34,695 nt of DNA from an uncultured Gammaproteobacteria bacterium (GTDB taxonomy: Bacteria > Patescibacteriota > Patescibacteriia > UBA9934). The stretch covers positions 185,166-219,860 of the forward strand of contig CAYVLY010000002.1 of assembly GCA_964452565.1 (NCBI GenBank). The letters run 5' to 3'. The notes under the pieces are model-generated. The model was given only the letters and a program-made list of their open reading frames with translations. It ran no database searches and had not been told where the DNA came from. How positions within the stretch are numbered: position 1 is the first letter of the stretch; each line of letters starts with the position of its first letter. Both the position numbers and the translations under genes were made by a program. Positions 16,414 through 24,493 of this stretch are shown here, piece by piece.

Positions 16414-16442
16414 AGAATATCAAAAAAACGAACCCATGTCAA
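16414..16442 (-). promoter_or_regulatory. Promoter of cassette C4 (TTGACA-N17-TATTCT)
   Basis: Minus-strand hexamers at 16437-16442 and 16414-16419. Back-to-back with the pseudouridine synthase promoter. Confidence 0.6.
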
Positions 16443-16462
16443 CCCCAGAGCCCAGAAAAACC

Positions 16463-16490
16463 TTGATTTTATTAGGTTTTCTGGTATGCT
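16463..16490 (+). promoter_or_regulatory. Promoter TTGATT-N16-TATGCT, -10 box 8 nt upstream of the ATG at 16499
   Basis: Read directly from the sequence. Geometry fits the leaderless pattern. Confidence 0.55.
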
Positions 16491-16498
16491 CCGTGAGT

Positions 16499-17185
16499 AT
16501 GAGATTAAACAAATACATAGCAGATTCTGGCTTCTGCTCACGCCGCAAGGCTGACAGACTTATCGAAGATGGTCGAGTAATGGTAAATGGGAATCCAGCC
16601 GAAATGGGCCAGCAGATCAAAGACGGACAAGACGTGTTCATCGACGGTGAATTGATCAAACCTCGATCAAACGACGTGTTTATCGCATTCCACAAACCTT
16701 ATGGCGTGATCTGCACAGCTGATGAGAATGCTGATAACACTGTTTTTGATTACATTGATTCTGATGAACGACTTATCTACATCGGTCGCATCGACGTTGA
16801 ATCAACTGGGCTTTTACTTTTGACCAACAACGGAGATATTGCAAATAAAATTGCAAGTCCGAAGTTCGAACACGAAAAAGAGTATGTCATAACTGTAAAC
16901 AAAGAGATGACCCGCAAGTTCATTGATAGCATGAAGCATGGTGTTGAAATCGATGGCCGCAAGACAAATCCGGCGCCAGTGAAAAAATTGGGTCCTAAAA
17001 AGTTCAAAATCATCCTAACTGAAGGTCGTAATCGACAGATCAGACGGATGTGTACCAAACTGGGATACGAAGTCGCAACACTAAAAAGAATCCGGGTCAT
17101 GAATGTTAAGCTTGGTGACCTAGGCCCAGGCAACTATCGACAACTTACGAAAAAAGAACGACGAGAACTACTTGCAAGCTTGTAA
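16499..17185 (+). CDS. RsuA/RluB/RluF-family rRNA pseudouridine synthase
   Basis: MRLNKYIADSGFCSRRKADRLIEDGRVMVNG (S4 domain), GRIDVESTGLLLLTNNGD, EGRNRQIRRM. The ORF-track N-terminal extension (from 16250) is antisense to cassette C4 and is rejected. Confidence 0.85.
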   Translation: MRLNKYIADSGFCSRRKADRLIEDGRVMVNGNPAEMGQQIKDGQDVFIDGELIKPRSNDVFIAFHKPYGVICTADENADNTVFDYIDSDERLIYIGRIDVESTGLLLLTNNGDIANKIASPKFEHEKEYVITVNKEMTRKFIDSMKHGVEIDGRKTNPAPVKKLGPKKFKIILTEGRNRQIRRMCTKLGYEVATLKRIRVMNVKLGDLGPGNYRQLTKKERRELLASL

Positions 17186-17186
17186 T

Positions 17187-17319
17187 AAAAAAACTCCGCA
17201 CTCAATTTCCCATCCCAAGCGAGGCCGATAGGCCGACGAGCCTGCCTACCGGCAGGCAGAGGATCTTCTCGAGAGGATCTCTCGCTGCGCTCGAGATGGA
17301 AAGAGGTACGGAGTTTTTT
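17187..17319. repeat. Composite palindromic element acting as a bidirectional terminator
   Basis: Outer stem AAAAAAACTCCG / CGGAGTTTTTT. Inner CCATCTCGAGCG-type arms (variant also at 28388-28470) and GCCTGCC-taccg-GGCAGGC. Confidence 0.7.
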
Positions 17320-17328
17320 GTTTCAACT

Positions 17329-18570
17329 TTACCGCGTTGGCATTGTTGATTCACACCTCTCCTCTGCCTGATCGCGGACCGCTTTATAAAACTTGAATTC
17401 GAACAAGTCGTATCGCCACGGAACCTCGCTATATTCTGTCTCCCAAATCTCTGCCGCAGTTTCAAAATCTACGAAAATCACCTGCCCAGAATCAACATAT
17501 GGCATCAACTCATCTAACACAGTGGTAATCCCATCAACTGTATCAACTGCCGCGCCACTCTCAGTAACGATCGATTTATCGCGCATATGAATCGACGCTG
17601 TATACATAAATCGTTCGCCATCAACTGTACCAGTCGGAACGTCTCCATCTTCGATCTTCTTAACAAGATCTTTGATATATTGCCCATCCTCAGCATGCAC
17701 CTCAGCACCACTTGCATGCTCATCACCTATGACAGTTGCATCATGCGGATATCCTTCTCCGATATATACGATGTCATTATCTGGAAAATGGATGTAAAAC
17801 TCATCATCATCCCCAGGCTTCCATACTCCTGAATTCCAATCATCGTAAAAATGCCCACCCATTCCAGGGTCTGATAATATTGTTGGCTTCCAGCTAGCAT
17901 ATGGATGGTCCTCCCCATAAACATAGCCATCGCTTTGGATGTCAACATTCTCATACCAACTATCAAAATCTAAAAATCCTAGATGCTCAAGGCCACAAAC
18001 GACATGAATAGTTCCTCCAATGACACCGGTTGGTTGGACGCCGAGCTGAGTAATTAAATATGCAATGTCTGCATAGTTGTTAGTGTGCGCGTGTGGGTCA
18101 AAATGAACTCCAAGAGTCTCAAGATACTCCAACACATTCATCCCGTCAGTACTCTCCCGCAACTCAGGATCGTCCTCATACTCGATCATTGCCTCAACAA
18201 CAGGCTGGTCAGACTGCCAGTTCCATTCAATACCATATTCAGCTAATGCCTCGGCACGTTTGATGAGCCCGGTTCGATATTCAATATACTTCTCCTCTGT
18301 ATTCACGACTGCTTCCCATGAATCCTCGTTGTGAGAATAAATGGTCACATACACAGGCGCATCACCATCATAAACAAGCTCGGATTCATCATATGTGATC
18401 GGGCCGGGATATTCGATCAGCCCAGATGCATCATACGATTGATACTCTGGCGGGATATAAGCTTCTTGATCAGCACAACACGGCACGTTCCAGAAAAAGA
18501 ACCAGATCAGAAATCCAGCAGCAACGATAGACAGAAAAACTATAGTTCCGCTAACAATCTTTTTGTTCAT
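17329..18570 (-). CDS. Membrane-anchored extracytoplasmic protein, unknown function
   Basis: Start set to MNKKIVSGTIVFLSIVAAGFLIWFF (TM anchor), because TAGAAT lies exactly 8 nt upstream of this ATG. Acidic, aromatic-rich ectodomain. Confidence 0.6.
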   Translation of the reverse strand: MNKKIVSGTIVFLSIVAAGFLIWFFFWNVPCCADQEAYIPPEYQSYDASGLIEYPGPITYDESELVYDGDAPVYVTIYSHNEDSWEAVVNTEEKYIEYRTGLIKRAEALAEYGIEWNWQSDQPVVEAMIEYEDDPELRESTDGMNVLEYLETLGVHFDPHAHTNNYADIAYLITQLGVQPTGVIGGTIHVVCGLEHLGFLDFDSWYENVDIQSDGYVYGEDHPYASWKPTILSDPGMGGHFYDDWNSGVWKPGDDDEFYIHFPDNDIVYIGEGYPHDATVIGDEHASGAEVHAEDGQYIKDLVKKIEDGDVPTGTVDGERFMYTASIHMRDKSIVTESGAAVDTVDGITTVLDELMPYVDSGQVIFVDFETAAEIWETEYSEVPWRYDLFEFKFYKAVRDQAEERCESTMPTR

Positions 18571-18598
18571 ATGGAGATATTCTAGCATACGGGTGAGC

Positions 18599-18627
18599 TT
18601 GACAAAACAGCTAGCCATGGTAAAAAT
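18599..18627 (+). promoter_or_regulatory. Promoter of GC-rich unit D (TTGACA, 16-17 nt spacer, TAAAAAT)
   Basis: The -10 box abuts the first ATG of the ORF (18628), so that ATG is unlikely to be inside the transcript. Confidence 0.5.
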
Positions 18628-18681
18628 ATGCCTTACCGCACCAACGCGGTGAGTTCTGATTACCTACCTCTGGAGGCCCCT

Positions 18682-19086
18682 TTGAAAGAATTCTACACCA
18701 TCAACATGTTTCTTGGCCTCCTTGGCATCGGGCTAGCCTTGGTTGCATGGGCCTGCGCTGCCAGCCATGCTCACGACCCTCAGGACACCATGTTCTTCGG
18801 AACCAAGCTCCCAATGGCCGTGTTTGGTATGATCGGCTACCTGATGATCACGCTGAGTGCCGCACTCACCCTCTGGATGAACTCTGTGGGAACCCGCGAA
18901 GCTATCGTGCTCGCCCATGCAGGCGGCTTCGCGCACGTCTGCATGATCTTCTTCGCCGGCGCATTCACTCTCTACCTAGTGTGGAAGGCGGTGTCTGTAA
19001 GCCTGGCCTGCCCTGGTTGCTGGCTCTGCTGGCTACTCAACGGCTTCCTGGCCATCCATACGATCAAGTACCTGCGTCAGAAGTAG
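18682..19086 (+). CDS. GC-rich 4-TM membrane protein with CPGC motif (VKOR-like, tentative)
   Basis: Proposed TTG start 5 nt after GGAGG (18672-18676). Four hydrophobic helices. FGTKLPMAVFGMIGY and a TM4 beginning ACPGCWLCW resemble the VKOR family, but the loop Cys pair is incomplete. Confidence 0.45.
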   Translation: MKEFYTINMFLGLLGIGLALVAWACAASHAHDPQDTMFFGTKLPMAVFGMIGYLMITLSAALTLWMNSVGTREAIVLAHAGGFAHVCMIFFAGAFTLYLVWKAVSVSLACPGCWLCWLLNGFLAIHTIKYLRQK

Positions 19087-19108
19087 GCTAGCCCGCTCTC
19101 TCTGTCTC

Positions 19109-19132
19109 AAACCCCGCTGCACTGCGGGGTTT
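19109..19132 (+). terminator. Intrinsic terminator of unit D
   Basis: AAACCCCGC-tgcact-GCGGGGTTT. Confidence 0.75.
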
Positions 19133-19166
19133 CGCGCTTCTTTGCATCAAGCTATAATAGATTCAT

Positions 19167-20132
19167 ATGTTAGATATACTATCAATCGGTGATATTAAGC
19201 TTGATACATTCATCGTGATACCCAAAGCGAGCGTACAGTGTCAGCTCAAACAAAAACCATGCCAGCTTTGCATTGAATATGGAAAGAAAATTCCGGTTGA
19301 TGATATTGATATGCAGATTGCAGGAAGCGCTCCGAATATCGCAATTGGGCTCTCGAAAATGAAAAAGCGCACATCTGTTCTAAGCTTCATGGGACAAGAT
19401 CAGACATACAAATCAGCAATCGACTTTCTTAAAACACATGGCGTTGAGACAAAACACATTCAAGCCATTAAAAACGCACGATCAAGTTTCTCTGCTGTTT
19501 TGAACTTTCAAGGCGAATCTACACAACTTGCTGGGCATGTCGACATACCTTACAGACTGCCCAAACAGTTTCCACAAACAAAGTGGGTTCATATATCTGA
19601 ATTGGGTGAGGGGTACATGGCAGTATATAAATACCTAAACAAATGCATAAAAGATCTTAAGGTAAGCATAAACCCTGGAACTATCCAGATTGAAGACCGA
19701 TCAAGAGAACTTGAAAGTCTTCTCAAGTGCGCCGAGGTCCTGTTCCTAAACGTAAGCGAGGCAAAGCTGCTTTTGAAAACAAAAAAATCTGACATAAAAT
19801 ATCTATTATCCCGACTGCACTCCACGGGGCCACATGTGGCTGTTATAACAGATGGTCAAAATGGATCATATGCAACAGATGGAACAACAACTTACCACGC
19901 TCCCATGTTTCCAGGTGAACGAAAAGAAGCCACTGGTGCAGGTGATGCGTTTGCAGCTGGATTCCTTGGAGCGCTTATGAACAAAAAGGATGTCCAAACC
20001 GCACTTGCGTGGGGTTCTGTTAATGCAGCGTCGGTCGTTCAGGGCGTTGGGCCAACCCAAGGCTTACTATCTCACATACAAATACAAAAACAACTACGCG
20101 CACGAACATCTTACACAGTAAAACAAATGTAG
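19167..20132 (+). CDS. PfkB-family carbohydrate kinase (1)
   Basis: GAGDAFAAGFLGAL anion-hole motif and ribokinase-like N-terminus. TATAAT lies 8 nt upstream of the ATG. Confidence 0.8.
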   Translation: MLDILSIGDIKLDTFIVIPKASVQCQLKQKPCQLCIEYGKKIPVDDIDMQIAGSAPNIAIGLSKMKKRTSVLSFMGQDQTYKSAIDFLKTHGVETKHIQAIKNARSSFSAVLNFQGESTQLAGHVDIPYRLPKQFPQTKWVHISELGEGYMAVYKYLNKCIKDLKVSINPGTIQIEDRSRELESLLKCAEVLFLNVSEAKLLLKTKKSDIKYLLSRLHSTGPHVAVITDGQNGSYATDGTTTYHAPMFPGERKEATGAGDAFAAGFLGALMNKKDVQTALAWGSVNAASVVQGVGPTQGLLSHIQIQKQLRARTSYTVKQM

Positions 20133-20133
20133 T

Positions 20134-20655
20134 ATGGACTTCTGGTTTTGGTTTCTCATCTTTTGGATCATTGCAACAACCGGAGCAATTGCAGGAATAT
20201 CAGCTGCCCCGTGGGTTCCTACAAAAAAACGCGACACACAGCTACTCGTAGATAAACTCAAAATTCAACCAGGACATATAGTTTATGATCTTGGATGTGG
20301 AACAGGCACGATTCTTATTGCTTTGGCAAGAAAACATCCTAAAGCTACCTTTATAGGATGTGAGATATCAGCATTACCCTATGCAATCGCAAAGATACGA
20401 TCGCTGTGGCATAAAAATCTTCACATAAAATATCGAAACCTTTTCAAATACCCAATAAGAGATGCTGATTTTGTGGTTGCATTTCTTTTGATCAAGGCAT
20501 ATGAACGCCTTGCTATAAAGTTTCAAGCAGAGCTTAAACCCAGCGCCACCATTGCGATCGAGGCCTGGGCTATTGATGGGGTCAGACCCAGGGAAGTGAT
20601 CAAGCGGGACAAAACCCTTCCCTTTTACATTTATCAAGGATCAGATTTTAAATAA
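20134..20655 (+). CDS. Class I SAM-dependent methyltransferase with N-terminal TM segment
   Basis: VYDLGCGTGTILIALA motif I. Starts 1 nt after the preceding stop. Confidence 0.65.
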   Translation: MDFWFWFLIFWIIATTGAIAGISAAPWVPTKKRDTQLLVDKLKIQPGHIVYDLGCGTGTILIALARKHPKATFIGCEISALPYAIAKIRSLWHKNLHIKYRNLFKYPIRDADFVVAFLLIKAYERLAIKFQAELKPSATIAIEAWAIDGVRPREVIKRDKTLPFYIYQGSDFK

Positions 20656-20672
20656 TGCTATAATGGGAACGT

Positions 20673-21503
20673 ATGGATCGCTTGTTCATCCTCCCATTTG
20701 ATCACCGTTCAACATTTGCAAAAAAGCTTCTTGGCTTTGATTATCCGCCAAAAACAGCAGCACGACGCCGCAAGGTTTCTGAAATGAAAAAAGTTGTTTT
20801 TGACGGTTTTTTGTTAGCTCGGAATCAGTATGAGCATTCAGAGGATATGGGTATTTTGGTTGACGAAGAGTTTGGCGCTTCAATAATACGAGAAGCTAAA
20901 GATCAGATGATCACATTTGCAATGTCAGTTGAAAAAAGTGGTCAGTTGTTTTTTCAATTTGAACACGGCAACAGCTTTGGTAAGCATCTTGAATCAAAGC
21001 GTCCGACTTATGCCAAGGCTCTAGTGCGATATGATCTCGATCAAAAAGAGGGCAACCGAATTCAGAACTCGAGACTTAAACGTTTGAACGATTGGTGTGA
21101 TCATCACGATCAGAAATGGATGATTGAACCGCTAATGACTGGCAAGGGGCCGCAGTATAAGCAAATGAAAAAAGCAATCGCCCAGATCAGAAAGGCAGGG
21201 GTTGATCCAGACTTATGGAAGCTTGAAGGACTTACCTATCCAAAACAGTGGCAGCAGATCTACAAGATCGCAAAGGGTGATTTGATTGTTTTGGGTCGAG
21301 GTGAAACCAAAAAGCATGTTGAAGATTGGGTGACAGCTGCTGCAAAGTCTGGAGTTGTAAGTGGGTTTGCGATCGGACGGACGATCTTCTTTAAACCACT
21401 TGAGCAACTGCGCGACAAGAAAATAACCAGAAAGCAAGCAGTAGAAAAAATTGCAAAAAACTACTTACATTTCATTAAGCTTTGGGAAAAGCACGAGGCA
21501 TGA
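20673..21503 (+). CDS. DUF2090 / IolC-C-terminal-like class I aldolase-fold protein
   Basis: ILPFDHRSTF, VDPDLWKLEG and GFAIGRTIF match the pattern remembered for DUF2090. TATAAT lies 8 nt upstream of the ATG. Confidence 0.55.
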   Translation: MDRLFILPFDHRSTFAKKLLGFDYPPKTAARRRKVSEMKKVVFDGFLLARNQYEHSEDMGILVDEEFGASIIREAKDQMITFAMSVEKSGQLFFQFEHGNSFGKHLESKRPTYAKALVRYDLDQKEGNRIQNSRLKRLNDWCDHHDQKWMIEPLMTGKGPQYKQMKKAIAQIRKAGVDPDLWKLEGLTYPKQWQQIYKIAKGDLIVLGRGETKKHVEDWVTAAAKSGVVSGFAIGRTIFFKPLEQLRDKKITRKQAVEKIAKNYLHFIKLWEKHEA

Positions 21504-21512
21504 TCGAAAAAA

Positions 21513-21600
21513 GTGATAAAGGGCTATAAAGGTGATCAAATGTGATTATCAAACTTGCACTTTTTAACCCCTTATCACTTCTACAACCTCTAATCACCTT
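21513..21600. repeat. Inverted pair of GTGAT-triplet elements
   Basis: Left arm GTGATAAAGGGCTATAAAGGTGATCAAATGTGATTATC. Right arm (reverse complement) AAGGTGATTAGAGGTTGTAGAAGTGATAAGGG. Sits directly upstream of the second PfkB gene. Confidence 0.7.
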
Positions 21601-21606
21601 TCTAAT

Positions 21607-22581
21607 ATGTACGACATTATAACAATAGGATCTGCTACACGTGATGTATTCTTAGCGTCAAAGCACTTCCAGTTAATCAATTCGAGTCAGTTCTCCACTG
21701 GAATTGGAGAGTGCGTGCCATTTGGTAGTAAGATTGATGTTGAAACTGTAGTCAGAACTACAGGGGGTGGTGGAACAAACTCTGCTGCAACTTTTGCATC
21801 ATTGGGGTTTAACACCGCGGTGATTACAAGAGTTGGGGACGACGATGCAGCCAAGGCTGTACTCGATGATCTTAAAAAATTTGGAATAAAAACCACTCTA
21901 GTGAACAAGATCAAAAAAGGCACTACAGGATATGCCGTGCTTATGACTGCAAAAAACGGGGAGCGATCCGCACTCGTACACCGAGGCGTATCAAAAGAGT
22001 TCCAAGTCAAAGACGTTCCGCTTACAAAACTGAAATCAAAATGGCTTTACATGACTTCTCTAGCAGGAAATACCGCTCTAGCTCAAAAAATAGTCAGAGC
22101 TGCACGTAAGAATGGAACTCTAGTTGCATTCAACCCAGGTGGTGGTGAGCTTCGAAAAGGACTTAAGACCATTGAGCCGATAATGAAGAACTTGACTGTA
22201 TTCAACTTAAACACTGAAGAAGCTCGAGAGCTCACGAAAGATAAAAGGTCAGATATTAAAAAACTTTGTGAGAAGTTAGCGCTCCCAGGACTCACAATAA
22301 TCATCACAGACGGACCAAATGGTGCTTACGCGCATCTCGACGGGATTACTTGGTATGCTAGGCCACAGGGTCACAAGGCGCTATCAAGAACAGGTGCAGG
22401 TGATGCGTTTGGATCAGGCCTTGTTGCAGCACTTGCAAAGGGCATGGGTATCGATGAGGCGCTCAAGGTTGGTATGCTTAATGCAGAGTCAGTTATCCAA
22501 TCATATGGCGCGAAGATCGGCATCTTAAACAAATGGCCATCTAAAATAGCGCTCAAGAAAGTTAAGGTAAAGTTAATTTAA
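21607..22581 (+). CDS. PfkB-family carbohydrate kinase (2)
   Basis: TGAGDAFGSGLVAALAKG, GGGGTNSA. Confidence 0.8.
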   Translation: MYDIITIGSATRDVFLASKHFQLINSSQFSTGIGECVPFGSKIDVETVVRTTGGGGTNSAATFASLGFNTAVITRVGDDDAAKAVLDDLKKFGIKTTLVNKIKKGTTGYAVLMTAKNGERSALVHRGVSKEFQVKDVPLTKLKSKWLYMTSLAGNTALAQKIVRAARKNGTLVAFNPGGGELRKGLKTIEPIMKNLTVFNLNTEEARELTKDKRSDIKKLCEKLALPGLTIIITDGPNGAYAHLDGITWYARPQGHKALSRTGAGDAFGSGLVAALAKGMGIDEALKVGMLNAESVIQSYGAKIGILNKWPSKIALKKVKVKLI

Positions 22582-22591
22582 TACTTCACAT

Positions 22592-22722
22592 GTCATTCTG
22601 AGGTCGAAGACCGAAGAATCTACGAGAAGATTTCTCACTTCGTTCGAAATGGTGCACTTATACCATCTCGACTATAAGGAGAGATCCTCTCGAGTAAATC
22701 CTTCGCTGATGCTCAGGATGAC
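22592..22722. repeat. Two adjacent palindromic elements of the GTCATYCTGA family
   Basis: gtcattctgaggtcgaagaccgaagaatc...gatttctcacttcgttcgaaatgg, then ...gagatcctctcgagtaaatccttcgctgatgctcaggatgac. Confidence 0.75.
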
Positions 22723-22731
22723 AGAACATAT

Positions 22732-23718
22732 ATGACGAAAATCTTTGTTACACGAAAGATTCCTGGATCAGGGCTTTCAATGCTCAAGAAACGCAAGAGT
22801 TTGAAGATCGACATCTATGAGCATGATAAGAAAATACCGCGTCGCGAGCTTCTCAAGCGAGTTAAAGGCGTTGATATCATCTTGTCGCTTCTTACGGAAA
22901 AAATCGACGCGCAGGTGATGGACGCTGCAGGAGACCAGCTCAAGATGGTTGCAAACTATGCTGTAGGATTTAATAACATTGATATCGAAGCTGCTAAAGA
23001 GCGTGGCATTCGAGTTGCCAATACCCCAAGTCCTGTTGTTAGTGAATCAGTAGCTGAACACGCAATCGCGCTTATGTTTGCACTTGCCCATCGAGTTGTT
23101 GAGGCTGATGATTTCACCAGAGCTGGCAAATACAAGGGCTGGGATCCGAATCTATTAGTTGGCACAGATCTAAAAGGCAAAACTATCGGAGTTATTGGAG
23201 CTGGCCGGATTGGATCAGGCATTGCTCAGCGACTTCATGATGGGTTTGGAGTTAAGATCATCTATGCTGACCCTAATCGAAATCCAAAGTTTGAAAAAGC
23301 CTTCAAAGCCAAGCATCGAACCATGATGCAACTTTTGAAAGAATCTGACTTTGTAACACTTCACGTTCCATTATTGAAAGCAACACATCATTTGATAAGC
23401 ACAAAGGAATTGAAGGCAATGAAAAAGACTGCGTTCTTGATCAACACATCGCGTGGGCCGGTCATTGACGAGCTTGCACTGACAAAAGCGCTTGAGAAAG
23501 GTGAGATCGGTGGAGCTGGACTTGATGTATACGAATGTGAGCCACTAATCGACTGCAACCCACGAGATCATCACTCACTTCGTAAGATGCCAAATGTGAT
23601 CATGACTCCTCACACAGCATCTGCTACAATTGAGGCACGGGATGCAATGAGCATTTCAGCTGCAAAGAACATACTTGCTTTCTTAGATAAAAAACGATTA
23701 CCAAATAAAGTAGTTTAA
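22732..23718 (+). CDS. D-isomer-specific 2-hydroxyacid dehydrogenase (glyoxylate/hydroxypyruvate reductase-like)
   Basis: GVIGAGRIGSGIAQRL (NAD fold), NTSRGPVIDE, LDVYECEP, PHTASAT. Confidence 0.85.
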   Translation: MTKIFVTRKIPGSGLSMLKKRKSLKIDIYEHDKKIPRRELLKRVKGVDIILSLLTEKIDAQVMDAAGDQLKMVANYAVGFNNIDIEAAKERGIRVANTPSPVVSESVAEHAIALMFALAHRVVEADDFTRAGKYKGWDPNLLVGTDLKGKTIGVIGAGRIGSGIAQRLHDGFGVKIIYADPNRNPKFEKAFKAKHRTMMQLLKESDFVTLHVPLLKATHHLISTKELKAMKKTAFLINTSRGPVIDELALTKALEKGEIGGAGLDVYECEPLIDCNPRDHHSLRKMPNVIMTPHTASATIEARDAMSISAAKNILAFLDKKRLPNKVV

Positions 23719-23719
23719 T

Positions 23720-24406
23720 ATGCCAGAGAATCACAAACCAAAGTACTTCCAATATATTATCGGCGCAGTATTAATCGTCGTAGGAATAATACTCATCGCT
23801 TCGATCTTTAAAGGCGAGGATGCTGCAGTTCTTCCTGATTCAAACGATGTTCTTAATGAGACAACGCGGGTTGTTGAGGCGACAGACTATGGATACCTCC
23901 TAGTTGATGAATGGGAGTACTTAGATCATGCAGCAGAGGACATTCAAACACTTGCAGAATATCAAGAGATTGAGTTCGGTATTGTGCGTGATCCAATTGA
24001 ATCGAATTTCGTCTACTTTGCAACCTCTGCCTTTGATACGGAATCTGATGAGATGTTATTAAGTATTTACAAATACAATGAGGACGACTATTCATTTGAA
24101 CGACTTTGGAGACATACACACGAAAAAGAAGAGATGTATTGGCTTGAAGAAGGATTTGGTCTAGTAAAGATGCGTGCTCTGGGATATGAAAACGGGAATT
24201 TGATTCTCCTCATTCAGGATATTGATGACTCACCAGGCCCTTGTTCAGAGCCATGGCTTATGGGCTGGCAAGATGACACTGCAATACGAAAGATGGTTAG
24301 CTTTGATCTTTCTGATCCGTATGGAGGGTTCGAAGATTACACACCAAATGATGAGCTAATAGAAGGGGCGCAAGAGCATCAAGCAGAATGCCTTGAATCA
24401 CTATAA
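23720..24406 (+). CDS. Membrane-anchored hypothetical protein
   Basis: 228-aa ORF with an N-terminal TM segment (YIIGAVLIVVGIILIASIF). Starts 1 nt after the previous stop. Confidence 0.55.
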   Translation: MPENHKPKYFQYIIGAVLIVVGIILIASIFKGEDAAVLPDSNDVLNETTRVVEATDYGYLLVDEWEYLDHAAEDIQTLAEYQEIEFGIVRDPIESNFVYFATSAFDTESDEMLLSIYKYNEDDYSFERLWRHTHEKEEMYWLEEGFGLVKMRALGYENGNLILLIQDIDDSPGPCSEPWLMGWQDDTAIRKMVSFDLSDPYGGFEDYTPNDELIEGAQEHQAECLESL

Positions 24407-24416
24407 AAACAAAAAA

Positions 24417-24455
24417 CACCCGCTTCGATCAAATCAGATCCGCGGGTGTTTTTTA
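24417..24455. terminator. Bidirectional hairpin terminator
   Basis: AAAAAACACCCGC...GCGGGTGTTTTTT. Confidence 0.8.
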
Positions 24456-24462
24456 TTCTAAA

Positions 24463-24493
24463 CTGTGTTCTGAGTTCTGTTTTCTGCGTTCTG
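24463..24493. repeat. CTGTRTTCTG-type short tandem motif
   Basis: ctgtgttctgagttctgttttctgcgttctg, abutting the stop of the 24494 gene. Confidence 0.6.

Noticed and set aside
16250-16498. N-terminal 83-codon extension of the pseudouridine synthase ORF
   Set aside because: - The extension is antisense to cassette C4 and crosses both divergent promoters.
- The canonical S4-domain N-terminus MRLNKYIADSG starts at 16499, with a -10 box 8 nt upstream.
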